From NCBI GenBank assembly GCA_001002325.1, contig LCNZ01000005.1:18274-82273 (forward strand): a stretch of DNA of 64,000 nt, written 5' to 3'. Below, one piece after another: positions 25,784 through 34,797 of this stretch. Position 1 is the first letter of the stretch, and the number at the start of each line of letters is the position of its first letter. A program made the translations under genes and the position numbers. Below the pieces are notes generated by a model. It made no database searches. It had not been told where the DNA came from and saw only the letters and a program-made list of their open reading frames with translations. The stretch is from Candidatus Amesbacteria bacterium GW2011_GWB1_47_19 (GTDB lineage Bacteria; Patescibacteriota; Microgenomatia; CAZETR01; Amesbacteraceae).

Positions 25784-27322
25784 ATGCTTGAAGGTATGCA
25801 AAGTTCAGTGGTGAAACTTCTGGAAAGCTTAAATAAGGACAATCCGGTTCGGACGGACCAGAGGGAAGACGATGAAGGTCCGGTGGAAAAAATAGCCCAG
25901 GCGTATGAATTGGCACGCAACGCCATGGAATACAGGGCGGAGCATCTGGTACGGAGAGCGGCAATTGAAAGAATATTGAAAAGACAATTATTGTTCGGGA
26001 AGGATGCCTCGTCCCTGGCAGGTTTGCTGCTGCGGGAATTGAAATGGGCAAAATATATAGGTCTGGAAGGTGAAAGAGCGGCGAAGAAAGAGGAAGTCAG
26101 GAAAATACTGGAGACTTATACACCCTGGCTGGACGGAAGGCAATGGGAGAGGGAATGGCTGGTGGGGCTGATTTCGGCGGCGATTGAAGAGAGGTTGAGT
26201 CAAAACCGGGATTACCACGCATTTACGGGTTTCGTATTCGGACATTTAAAATCCGTGATAGTACCAGAGTCGGTGGCAGAATTCGACCTGATACTATATG
26301 TGGCTGTAGATAAAGTTTTTTCCCAGTCCGACAATCAACAGATCTCTTACCATTTGTACAATCTGGTGGCCGAACAAGCCGGCCGGGAGGGAGTATGCGA
26401 TACGGGGAAATTGTTGGAAATCACCCGGAAACAATTTCTGACCGGCGTTAACCATCCGTTGTTCAACAGGCTGTCGGTAGTGGTCAGAAAAATAACGGGG
26501 CCGCTGGTATTGGTCAGAGATATATATTTTTCCGACCCAACGGGTTTTGAGTATGTGCTGGCTGACGCGGATATTTTTAAAGACAAAGCGATGAGGGTGC
26601 TGTCGGAACAGTTGAGGTTGCTTCGGGGCAGGATGAGTACGGCCGGTTGGCGAAGCCTGATTTACGTATTTTTGACAAAAATGCTGTTTGCATTAATACT
26701 GGAAATTCCAATAGACAGGTGGTTGAGAGGTAATGTCGCCTGGATGACATTGACGGTAAATACCGTGTTTCCCGTTGGCTTGATGTGGGTATTGACGGCC
26801 AATATTCGGTTACCAGGAGGGCGGGATCAGGAGAAATTGGTGAAAAAAGCCTGGCTGGCGGTATCCGGGGAACCGGGTAAATGGCTGGAAGGAGAAGAAG
26901 TTATATTCCGCAAAGAAACAAAGGGGGTAAGGTTTAACACATTTCTTGTAGTCTATGCGATATTTTCCGCAGTAGTTTTCGGATTGATTTTAGGAGTTTT
27001 GTTTAAAGCGGGGTTCAGCGTAATCAGCGGTCTGATATTCATATTCTTCGTCACGGTAGTGAGCTTTTTTGCATACCGGATCCGGCAGACAGCCCAGATT
27101 TACTCTCAACGGACAGGCCGGGGTTTGGGTTCGTCGGTGGGAGATATGCTGATGCTGCCGATTGTGGCTGTAGGGAGCTGGCTGAGCCTGGGGGTATCGA
27201 AGCTGAATTTTCTGGTATTTGTTTTTGATTTTATTTTGGAGGCACCGTTTAAAATGATACTCCGGGTGCTGGATAACTGGTTTGATTTCCTATCCGGAAA
27301 AAGGGATGAAGTGGTAGGGTGA
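25784..27322 (+). CDS. Hypothetical membrane protein (CPR-type)
   Basis: YELARNAMEYRAEHLVRRAAIERILKR N-terminus; several C-terminal TMs. Confidence 0.8.
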   Translation: MLEGMQSSVVKLLESLNKDNPVRTDQREDDEGPVEKIAQAYELARNAMEYRAEHLVRRAAIERILKRQLLFGKDASSLAGLLLRELKWAKYIGLEGERAAKKEEVRKILETYTPWLDGRQWEREWLVGLISAAIEERLSQNRDYHAFTGFVFGHLKSVIVPESVAEFDLILYVAVDKVFSQSDNQQISYHLYNLVAEQAGREGVCDTGKLLEITRKQFLTGVNHPLFNRLSVVVRKITGPLVLVRDIYFSDPTGFEYVLADADIFKDKAMRVLSEQLRLLRGRMSTAGWRSLIYVFLTKMLFALILEIPIDRWLRGNVAWMTLTVNTVFPVGLMWVLTANIRLPGGRDQEKLVKKAWLAVSGEPGKWLEGEEVIFRKETKGVRFNTFLVVYAIFSAVVFGLILGVLFKAGFSVISGLIFIFFVTVVSFFAYRIRQTAQIYSQRTGRGLGSSVGDMLMLPIVAVGSWLSLGVSKLNFLVFVFDFILEAPFKMILRVLDNWFDFLSGKRDEVVG

Positions 27323-28017
27323 GTGAAACTGAAACGGTTGTGAATAAAAACCGATAACATTTCAGACGCCTGCTGTAAGAACTGGCGACGTCTGACCTGA
27401 AACTTTTTGCGGCTCCATTCAAAATACATACGGGATCCGGTTTTTTTCATCATCCAGTGATCAAAGTAAAATTTGGCTACAAAGAAGAGACTGGGATTGA
27501 TTTTTTCGATTCCCCCGAGCTTTTCTACGGCCTGCAAAATACGGGGAAACGACCAGAGTTCCAGGGAATCCAGATCGTAAAGGATCCGGGCTTCGAGAGT
27601 GCGTTTGGGAAGGATCTGAAAAGAGGAGTGTTTGCGGATGGCGTATTTAATTTTTGAGGTTTGGGTCAGAGTCAGAGGAAAGCGGGCAGCATATCGGGAA
27701 AAAAGACGCATGGAACCGATACCTTCGGCGACGTTGTGGAAAATGACGGCCCTTTTCTTTGCGGGATTTTTGGTGGATTTCCAGATATCGTGCCAGCAAA
27801 TTGCCGGAAGTAGGGCGTCGAAGTCGATGCGGGAAAGTTTGACTTCAGCATTTTGGTCCAAGAATTCAGAAAGCGAGTCCAGAATGGAGTAAACATGATT
27901 TTGATTGTGGAGCGGATCGAGAGTACCCCGCATCCGCCGGATGGCATGGTCACAGACTGCAACGGTGGCGGGTGAGACCAGAATGCGGTGGCGGAGCAGG
28001 AAATGATGGAGAGTCAT
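27106..28017 (-). CDS. HD-domain phosphohydrolase
   Basis: H...CWHDIWK...H...KH...LYDLD. Confidence 0.8.
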   Translation of the reverse strand: MTLHHFLLRHRILVSPATVAVCDHAIRRMRGTLDPLHNQNHVYSILDSLSEFLDQNAEVKLSRIDFDALLPAICWHDIWKSTKNPAKKRAVIFHNVAEGIGSMRLFSRYAARFPLTLTQTSKIKYAIRKHSSFQILPKRTLEARILYDLDSLELWSFPRILQAVEKLGGIEKINPSLFFVAKFYFDHWMMKKTGSRMYFEWSRKKFQVRRRQFLQQASEMLSVFIHNRFSFTHPTTSSLFPDRKSNQLSSTRSIILNGASKIKSKTNTRKFSFDTPRLSQLPTATIGSISISPTDEPKPRPVR

Positions 28018-28241
28018 AGTGTTTGGGGCGCCGGCGTGACAAACCGGCGGTCTACGGCGGGTAAGGTAATGGTATCCCCCGTTCCCAGATGGATATCTAT
28101 TCCGGCCGGGTCCGGTTCCACAATTGCATTTACAACTTCGAATACGGAATCGGTAGGCATAACATCACCAGTGAAGTCCAGATCTTTGGTCCGGCCGAGA
28201 TATTTAACAATTGAACCGCGTTGTATATATATGTAGTGCAT
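28014..28241 (-). CDS. Small hypothetical protein
   Basis: ATG at 28241; stop overlaps the HD gene start by 4 bp (ATGA). Confidence 0.45.
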   Translation of the reverse strand: MHYIYIQRGSIVKYLGRTKDLDFTGDVMPTDSVFEVVNAIVEPDPAGIDIHLGTGDTITLPAVDRRFVTPAPQTL

Positions 28242-28437
28242 AGTTTTCCAATAAGGTTTGACCTCGGGCAGCTTATGAATAACACCCACGTAAACTTTAG
28301 CCAGTGTGCAGCAGACCTGTCCCCGGTACAGATAACCGGGAATTAGCCTGGCTTTGATTTTATCGGCTAAATCGGGATGCAACATAAAAAAAATTACTGC
28401 TGGACAGATTGGTTGGCATAATGATAGCATTGCCGAT

Positions 28438-29118
28438 ATGGCGATAAAAAGAGTCAGTAGAGTGACAAAGAGACAAAGTGACATAGATAGAGAAGTGATG
28501 CCGGAATCGCCGGTATTTGAGGTAACGTCTCCGGCCAAGCGCAAAAACAAAAAGTACCTATGGATTGCCGGGGTAATTCTGCTTTTGGGATTGTGGTGGT
28601 ATAAAACGAACACCTGGCCGGTGGTAGCGATGGTGGGTTTTACGCCCGTATTCAGGCATCAGGTAAACCAGGCCCTTTTTAAACAGGGAGGAAAGAATGT
28701 AGTAGAAGGAATTGTGACTGAGAGATTGGTAAAGGGGGAGTTGGCCAAGAAAGGAATTTCCGTATCTGATTCTCAGGCAGATGCAAAAATAGAGGAAGTC
28801 AAGAAAAGTCTGGGTGAGGGAGTGGACTTTGATGCTCTGCTGGCTGAAAAAGGGCTGACAGTGGATGAAGTTCGAAGCCAGGTTAAAATCCAGCTGGGGC
28901 TGGAGCAGATTATTGCCAGCCAGGCTACAGTCTCGGCTGAAGAAGTGGACAAATATGTCAAGGACAACGGAGCGTTTTTAAACGGAACAACCGATGCGGA
29001 AAAAAGGGCTAGCGCCGAGAAAATGCTGGCTGACCAGAAGGTGCAAACCGGCATCTCAACCTGGATCGAGGAACTGAAAACCAGGTCAAAAGTGTGGTAT
29101 ATAGGGATAAATCAGTAG
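28438..29118 (+). CDS. SurA-N/PrsA-like membrane-anchored chaperone lacking a parvulin domain
   Basis: TM, then KQGGKNVVEGIVTERL...KKGISVSD...VSAEEVDKY...WIEELK. Confidence 0.85.
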   Translation: MAIKRVSRVTKRQSDIDREVMPESPVFEVTSPAKRKNKKYLWIAGVILLLGLWWYKTNTWPVVAMVGFTPVFRHQVNQALFKQGGKNVVEGIVTERLVKGELAKKGISVSDSQADAKIEEVKKSLGEGVDFDALLAEKGLTVDEVRSQVKIQLGLEQIIASQATVSAEEVDKYVKDNGAFLNGTTDAEKRASAEKMLADQKVQTGISTWIEELKTRSKVWYIGINQ

Positions 29119-29148
29119 ATGTATAGTAAATAGGTTGTGATTTAGGGG

Positions 29149-29177
29149 TTGACATAACAGTAGGCCTGTAGTAGTAT
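29149..29177 (+). promoter_or_regulatory. Sigma70 promoter, leaderless arrangement
   Basis: TTGACA-17-TAGTAT, ATG 6 nt downstream. Confidence 0.6.
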
Positions 29178-29183
29178 AAACGA

Positions 29184-30290
29184 ATGCCAAATAGTGAATT
29201 TCAGCCAAGGTTGCGAGAACGCCTGATGCCGAAGAATAACGGCCCGAGGCTCCCGAAACGTCCGGGTAAAGATTTAAATATTCCTGACTACAGAGAAAGA
29301 GCAGGGGTTGAGACGATGGCCATTGGAGGCATTGTAACGGTTGAAGCCATGAGACGACTGATGGATCAGTATTTTGATGCTCAAGATGGAGTAGCAACCC
29401 AAGCACCCGTTACCACTGAGGCGCCGGTTGTAACCCAGGAACCAACCCAGGAAGCAACTGCGACTCAAGTAGCATCTTCACCCACACCGGAAGCTACTAA
29501 CACGCAGGTTCCTGAACCCACTGCTACCCAACAGGGTTGTGGTAAGCAATATGATATTGACGGAATGAAGAGATACAAATTTGGAGGATTGGAGCATACT
29601 GAACAGACAATCAAAGTCGAACAGGAAAGTGATGTAACCGCAAAAATAAGATATGTACAGGATGTAGATAAATCAGGACGCGAATTTTGTGCTGAAAATG
29701 AATTGCAGACACACGAAACTGCTGTAGTTTATATCGATGGTTGTGGAAAAATTGAAATAACAGACGGCGTTAAAGGTGCAAATGAAGGTACTGATAAATT
29801 CAGTTGCGTTCTTCCGAAAGGTGAATATAAACTCCATGTACAATCGACAGCAAGTGATTACAATGACGTCGGAAGTATTAACATTGGAATAGATATAAAT
29901 ATGGAAGCTGTTCCGACCAAAACGCCGGCATCCCCCACTCCTATTCCTACGACCATGACACCGACTCTTGTTGCCCCGACGATTACACCTACACCTTATC
30001 CCACGGGTTTAGTAACACCTGAGAACTCACCTACACCCCCGTATTATACTGGGACTCCTACTCCTACGGGCGAGTTTCCAACTGCTACTCCTACTCGTAC
30101 AAACGATAATCCCCCCGGCCGTAAGCCGACACCTACTGAAACTTATGTACCAGGTGTTCCTGCACAGCAAAGAGCGATGGTGCCAGTAACCGGAGCTGAA
30201 GTAAACGGTGAGGTGACTGGAGCGGCAATTATGGCTCTGGCCTTTATTTTAGGTAGCATAGCGTATTCAAGAAATCACAGGAGAAGATAA
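29184..30290 (+). CDS. P/T-rich surface protein with VPVTG sorting-like signal
   Basis: Mucin-like linkers; C-terminal VPVTG + hydrophobic helix + HRRR. Confidence 0.8.
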   Translation: MPNSEFQPRLRERLMPKNNGPRLPKRPGKDLNIPDYRERAGVETMAIGGIVTVEAMRRLMDQYFDAQDGVATQAPVTTEAPVVTQEPTQEATATQVASSPTPEATNTQVPEPTATQQGCGKQYDIDGMKRYKFGGLEHTEQTIKVEQESDVTAKIRYVQDVDKSGREFCAENELQTHETAVVYIDGCGKIEITDGVKGANEGTDKFSCVLPKGEYKLHVQSTASDYNDVGSINIGIDINMEAVPTKTPASPTPIPTTMTPTLVAPTITPTPYPTGLVTPENSPTPPYYTGTPTPTGEFPTATPTRTNDNPPGRKPTPTETYVPGVPAQQRAMVPVTGAEVNGEVTGAAIMALAFILGSIAYSRNHRRR

Positions 30291-30355
30291 CGAAACAGAA
30301 TAAGAAATAATTTATTAGAAAAAAAGCTAGCACATTGATTAAAACCGCATACGGA

Positions 30356-30456
30356 ATATGCGACGGGTTGAGGGCAGACAGGTGATGACTTACGAACGGA
30401 TTTTTGTGCTAGAAAGTCGGTTCGCTCAAAATGTCTGCCTTCGACCGGCCGCATAT
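30356..30456 (+). ncRNA. Candidate rod-shaped RNA/hairpin with central bubble
   Basis: 25-position outer stem (2 mismatches), 12/7-nt bubble, 11-bp inner stem. Confidence 0.45.
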
Positions 30457-31858
30457 GATAGAAACAGATAAGAATCAAATTATTGAACCAGGGAGCCAGT
30501 CTGACCTGGGATTTTTGAGGTCCATAAGAAAAACGGATCATCCCTGGCATGCAGTGTGGAAACAATTTACAGGAGAGAGAAAAGCTCTTGGACAAGGGAA
30601 TTGGTGTGAGTTAAATGTGGCCAGGGAAATAAACGGCCTGAGAAGGGAAGTGCAATTTGCCACATTATCAGAATGGGATTTTGATTTTTCAAAAATGCCC
30701 CAGGTGAAGGAACAATCCGACCAGGTGGCGGGGAGAGTAGCCAGGGAACTGATTAAACTGTCCCGGATGGAGAATCTCAAAACGATAAACGTCAGGCAGC
30801 TGGCCAAATCGGAAATAATCGGTGATGAAGAGGATGCCTGGGAAAAATATGTGAGAGAGACAATCAATAACGGGGAAGAGAGCCGGCCCGATCAAAACGG
30901 GAAAAATGTAAAATTGGCATTCGGGCTGGCAGCCATAGCCCTGGTGGTTGCCGGCAGCTGGTGGGGCTGGAATGTAGTGCATCGGCCGGACATCAAAACG
31001 GGAAATGAGCGGCAAAACAACGAATCCACACCGGTTGCCCGTAAGATGATTTTTGTAACCTGGCCGGAGAACCCCGACCTGCCAGTGGTGCAAAAACGGG
31101 TAAATACCGGTCAACCGGCAGTGCAGAAGACCGGGGACGCTGAAGTGTTCCGTCCGCCTGTGCCATGGTACACAATAAATTGGGAAGGAAATACTATTGA
31201 TTGGTCTATAGATGAACATGTAAGCATACAGGTGGCGGATGAAGATAGCAGGCAGATGAGTCTGGAATTGTCGAATTGGAGATCGCAACACGGAAAAGTA
31301 TCTGAGAGATCCGGAAAAGATAAAGGAAGGGGCGGTTTGGTGGATAAATTGATGAAAAAAGTAGGGATGAAGCCGCTGGAAAGAGGCGTGTCGGGAAAAT
31401 TTAAAAAGGTGGTGGATGATGTGAACGCCTGGTGGAAAAAAGAGGACAAAGCGATGCTTTTCAGGACATCTTCACCTGTCCGGATCGGGATGTTAATGCA
31501 TTCAGGTAGAGTGTTTTTACTGGAACAGGATTTATTGGCGGAGTATTTCCGGAAAAGCGGACAAAATGCGCTTGGGGATATCTTGAGATTAAAAAAAGGC
31601 GATAAAGTACTGGTTCTGAAGGTGGTTTGGGTATCGGAAAGTTTTTCGCAGGATGATTTTTTCAAATCCAAACTGGGAACACCCGCGGAGCCTTGGGAAC
31701 CTACCAGTCTGGATGAAAACGCCTTGGGTATACCTGACGAATACAGATCAAAACCGGGAGTAGATATTGTCTATTGTGCCGGGAAGAGCAAGATTAGCGA
31801 ATCCAGACAGGCAGTAGCTACAGAATTGATCGGAATTGAAGATGCCCCGCACAGATAA
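30455..31858 (+). CDS. Membrane protein with divergent sortase-like C-terminal domain
   Basis: TM; MHSG, LGDILRLKKGDKVLVLKV, VDIVYC, then R. Confidence 0.6.
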   Translation: MIETDKNQIIEPGSQSDLGFLRSIRKTDHPWHAVWKQFTGERKALGQGNWCELNVAREINGLRREVQFATLSEWDFDFSKMPQVKEQSDQVAGRVARELIKLSRMENLKTINVRQLAKSEIIGDEEDAWEKYVRETINNGEESRPDQNGKNVKLAFGLAAIALVVAGSWWGWNVVHRPDIKTGNERQNNESTPVARKMIFVTWPENPDLPVVQKRVNTGQPAVQKTGDAEVFRPPVPWYTINWEGNTIDWSIDEHVSIQVADEDSRQMSLELSNWRSQHGKVSERSGKDKGRGGLVDKLMKKVGMKPLERGVSGKFKKVVDDVNAWWKKEDKAMLFRTSSPVRIGMLMHSGRVFLLEQDLLAEYFRKSGQNALGDILRLKKGDKVLVLKVVWVSESFSQDDFFKSKLGTPAEPWEPTSLDENALGIPDEYRSKPGVDIVYCAGKSKISESRQAVATELIGIEDAPHR

Positions 31859-31901
31859 CGGACGAGCAGATTTGGTGTAAAATTCGATTGGGCATTTAAA
31901 A

Positions 31902-31973
31902 GCCCCCGTAGCTCAACGGACAGAGTAAGTCCCTTCTAAGGACGAGATGGAGGTTCGATTCCTCCCGGGGGCA
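31902..31973 (+). tRNA. tRNA-Arg(TCT)
   Basis: GCCCCCG/CGGGGGC, AGTCC-CTTCTAA-GGACG. Confidence 0.93.
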
Positions 31974-31978
31974 CTTGT

Positions 31979-32050
31979 GGGCCCGTAGCTCAGGGGTAGA
32001 GCAGTCGCCTCTTAAGCGAACGGTCGAAGGTTCGAATCCTTCCGGGCTCA
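31979..32050 (+). tRNA. tRNA-Lys(CTT)
   Basis: GGGCCCG/CGGGCTC, TCGC-CTCTTAA-GCGA. Confidence 0.93.
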
Positions 32051-32055
32051 CTTAA

Positions 32056-32126
32056 TGCGAGGTCGTCTAATGGTAGGACAGCAGACTTTGGATCTGCTTA
32101 TCTTGGTCCGAATCCAAGCCTCGCAG
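32056..32126 (+). tRNA. tRNA-Gln(TTG)
   Basis: TGCGAGG/CCTCGCA, GCAGA-CTTTGGA-TCTGC. Confidence 0.93.
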
Positions 32127-32180
32127 CTTTTTTATGATAGTGTTAGTGGACGATGTAAGAACCACCTATTGAGGTGTTAT

Positions 32181-32501
32181 CTACGAATTTATAGCCTTAA
32201 TTGCTTGTAATGTAAAAAACATTCCAAATATATAACTTAAGAGATGCGGAGCTATTAATAGACCAAAACTCATAATAAGATGTTTTCGTTGAATCAAGTT
32301 TGTTTTATCAAGTTTTTGCAAGTAGATTAAGTAGTATATGTTTACAGCGATAAATGTAAACCACAAAAGACTCGGCCATAAAAATCCAAAACTATACGCT
32401 CGATTACTTATTTGCGAATAACTGTATAACCTTTCAATAGAACCCCAAAGAAAAACTACGTTTATGAGTGTACTTACAGCTATCATTATTTTTGCTACCA
32501 T
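32181..32501 (-). CDS. AT-rich 3-TM hypothetical protein
   Basis: 106 aa, three hydrophobic helices. Confidence 0.6.
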   Translation of the reverse strand: MVAKIMIAVSTLINVVFLWGSIERLYSYSQISNRAYSFGFLWPSLLWFTFIAVNIYYLIYLQKLDKTNLIQRKHLIMSFGLLIAPHLLSYIFGMFFTLQAIKAINS

Positions 32502-32556
32502 AATTGAAGTGTAGCATAATAAGTTCCAACATAGTCAACCAGTGCCAGCAGAAAAA

Positions 32557-32898
32557 ATGAAAATAATTAATAAGAAAATATCTTTGAAAGAATTGGAGAA
32601 GCTGGCGGCAGGGAAATTCGGAATGCTGGTAAAGGCGGTTGTGGATATTGAACATAAAATCATGGCTGTTGATGGCGAATTGCATTCCGACGAAGAAGGA
32701 TTTCTGATATCGCAAGGATCCAAACAATCAAATTTATGGGGTATAATTCTTTACCCTGAACTTAACGGCGAAGAGTTTGTGGAATTCGATTCCATGATAA
32801 ATATCAGACCTTCGGCGGGGAATAACTCGAGATCAGTTGAAGATCCGAAAGTTAGAAAAATAATTATCGATATAGTGAATGATTTGGTAGAAAAATGA
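32557..32898 (+). CDS. DUF5674-like protein
   Basis: VKAVVDI, GELHSDEE, GSKQSNLWG, EFDSMINIRP; family assigned from memory. Confidence 0.75.
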   Translation: MKIINKKISLKELEKLAAGKFGMLVKAVVDIEHKIMAVDGELHSDEEGFLISQGSKQSNLWGIILYPELNGEEFVEFDSMINIRPSAGNNSRSVEDPKVRKIIIDIVNDLVEK

Positions 32899-33236
32899 AT
32901 ACCTGGCACAAGGGATTGACTTCGGAAAGATGGGGGGAAATGTCATTAGCCGAACAGATGGCTAACGTAGCCAGCGAGGTGGGCAGGACAATCAGCTGGA
33001 GGAATAAAGGAAATACGGAGTACAGCAGACTGGCGTTTGAGAGAGCTCTTGAACTATTAACATTGACGAAAACATCTTTTAAAAAGGAGGAATCTATATT
33101 AAAGGAAATAAGCCGGGTTTATGAAGCGTTGGCGGATTATTTCCTGGGAGAAAACAAATTTGGGTCAAGCGATGAATTGTGGGAGAAGTATTTTGCGCCT
33201 TTTGAATACCTGGCAGCCCGGGAACGATTAGAGTAA
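32895..33236 (+). CDS. Helical hypothetical protein coupled to the DUF5674-like gene
   Basis: W.EMSLAEQMANVASEVGR, FERALELL; ATGA overlap. Confidence 0.75.
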   Translation: MNTWHKGLTSERWGEMSLAEQMANVASEVGRTISWRNKGNTEYSRLAFERALELLTLTKTSFKKEESILKEISRVYEALADYFLGENKFGSSDELWEKYFAPFEYLAARERLE

Positions 33237-33251
33237 TATAAATATTGACTT

Positions 33252-34796
33252 ATGATATCGGCGGAATTAGAGAATTATCTGAAGAATTGCCGGGACAGCG
33301 GAGCCAAGTTTGACGAGGTGGAAAAAGCACTTTCTATACAAGGTTATTCTTCAAACCAGATATCTGAGGCAGGACAGTGGTACAACCCGGTCGTCCCCAA
33401 AACAAAAATCCGGAAACCGCTGGCGGTGGTACTGCTGATGCTGGCGATATTTTTGTTGGCGGGAACGGGGGCGGCTGCATATCTGGTAGCCGCGGAAAAA
33501 ATTAAAATAAACAACCCCGGACTGGTAGTGGGAATCCAGAAGGTGGTATACAGTATCCCCTTTGTCCCCAAAACGCCCAAGATGGTGATTTTGAAGGCAG
33601 TGGAAGCACATAAAAAGATTTCCCGGAATACCTGGGAACTATCAATCTCCGGAAGAGGAATGGGATCGGAATTGGGGGAAATTTTCGGATCCGACACCAC
33701 GGACCTGCTTATTTCCGGTTATTCGGACTTTTCCGATTCGGAAAACGTCAGGTTTAAAATATCAGCAAATCTGGGGAAAGAGGTGCAGGTCGAACTGCGG
33801 AAGAAAGACAAAATACTGTATGCAAATGTATCCAAGATGCCGTTGGCTATATATGCATTTATCGGATTGGAACCGGATAAAGTAAAGCTGATATTGGCCA
33901 ACTGGATAGCGATAGACGTTTCGGGACTGAATACGGAGGCCAGGAATTTATTGTCGGAAATTCCGGAAAGCAGCAGACAGTCACAGACGCAGGAAACGAC
34001 ACAGGAAATATTGGAGAAGTTGCTGAATGAAGAAGTCATTCCCCTGTCAAGCATGACAACCGATAAAAGCCAGGGATATGCGGTCTATAAAATTGTATTT
34101 AGGGCTTCACCGGAACAATTGGACAGAATTGAAGAGGCGGCGGGAACAGATCCGGGCAGGCTGAAATTTTCAGAATGGCTGAAGAACCCGGTGATTACTC
34201 TATTCATAGATAAGGAGAAGAATCTGGTAAGAAGGGCGGAAGCGACCTTCACTATAGATTACGACCAGCCGGAAACGTCGATTCCCCTAATAGGCAGCGG
34301 GGAGGAAAAGGCGGATGTGGCAGTGGTATTAAAATTGGACAATTTCGGGGAAGAGATGATCATTGATGTTCCGGATAAATCACTGACTCCCGATGAATTT
34401 TACCAGATGGTGATGGATGCGGAACCCGGGGGATTATTGACGATTAACCCCGATAGACAGTTAGCCCGGGTACGGGATGCCAAAAGAAGGGCGGATATTT
34501 CCGCCATACTATCCGCAACTTACCAGTTTACGGCCGATAACAGAGGGATATTACCGGTGACGATAGGGACGGAGGCGAAAAAGATATCCGAGTCCGGGGC
34601 GAATCTGTGTAAATACCTGGTACCGGAATACCTGGCTGCATTTCCCATTGATCCGAGACAGGGAGACGGTAAGAATTTTGTGAATTGCCCGAAAGGGTAT
34701 GATACCGGATACACGATTTTTAAGGATAAAAACGACAGGATTACAATTTTGGCACCCATGTCCGAAGGGAATGAAATAGTTACGGTTACCCGGTGA
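33252..34796 (+). CDS. Membrane protein with beta-rich domain and C-terminal pilin/GspG-like globular domain
   Basis: TM near aa 60-80; ARVRDAKRRADISAI...C...LVPEYL..FPIDP. Confidence 0.72.
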   Translation: MISAELENYLKNCRDSGAKFDEVEKALSIQGYSSNQISEAGQWYNPVVPKTKIRKPLAVVLLMLAIFLLAGTGAAAYLVAAEKIKINNPGLVVGIQKVVYSIPFVPKTPKMVILKAVEAHKKISRNTWELSISGRGMGSELGEIFGSDTTDLLISGYSDFSDSENVRFKISANLGKEVQVELRKKDKILYANVSKMPLAIYAFIGLEPDKVKLILANWIAIDVSGLNTEARNLLSEIPESSRQSQTQETTQEILEKLLNEEVIPLSSMTTDKSQGYAVYKIVFRASPEQLDRIEEAAGTDPGRLKFSEWLKNPVITLFIDKEKNLVRRAEATFTIDYDQPETSIPLIGSGEEKADVAVVLKLDNFGEEMIIDVPDKSLTPDEFYQMVMDAEPGGLLTINPDRQLARVRDAKRRADISAILSATYQFTADNRGILPVTIGTEAKKISESGANLCKYLVPEYLAAFPIDPRQGDGKNFVNCPKGYDTGYTIFKDKNDRITILAPMSEGNEIVTVTR

Positions 34797-34797
34797 T

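Noticed and set aside
28242-28613. 199-aa minus-strand ORF overlapping the SurA-like gene
   Set aside because: The upstream part is an antisense shadow; only the last ~75 codons are plausible.
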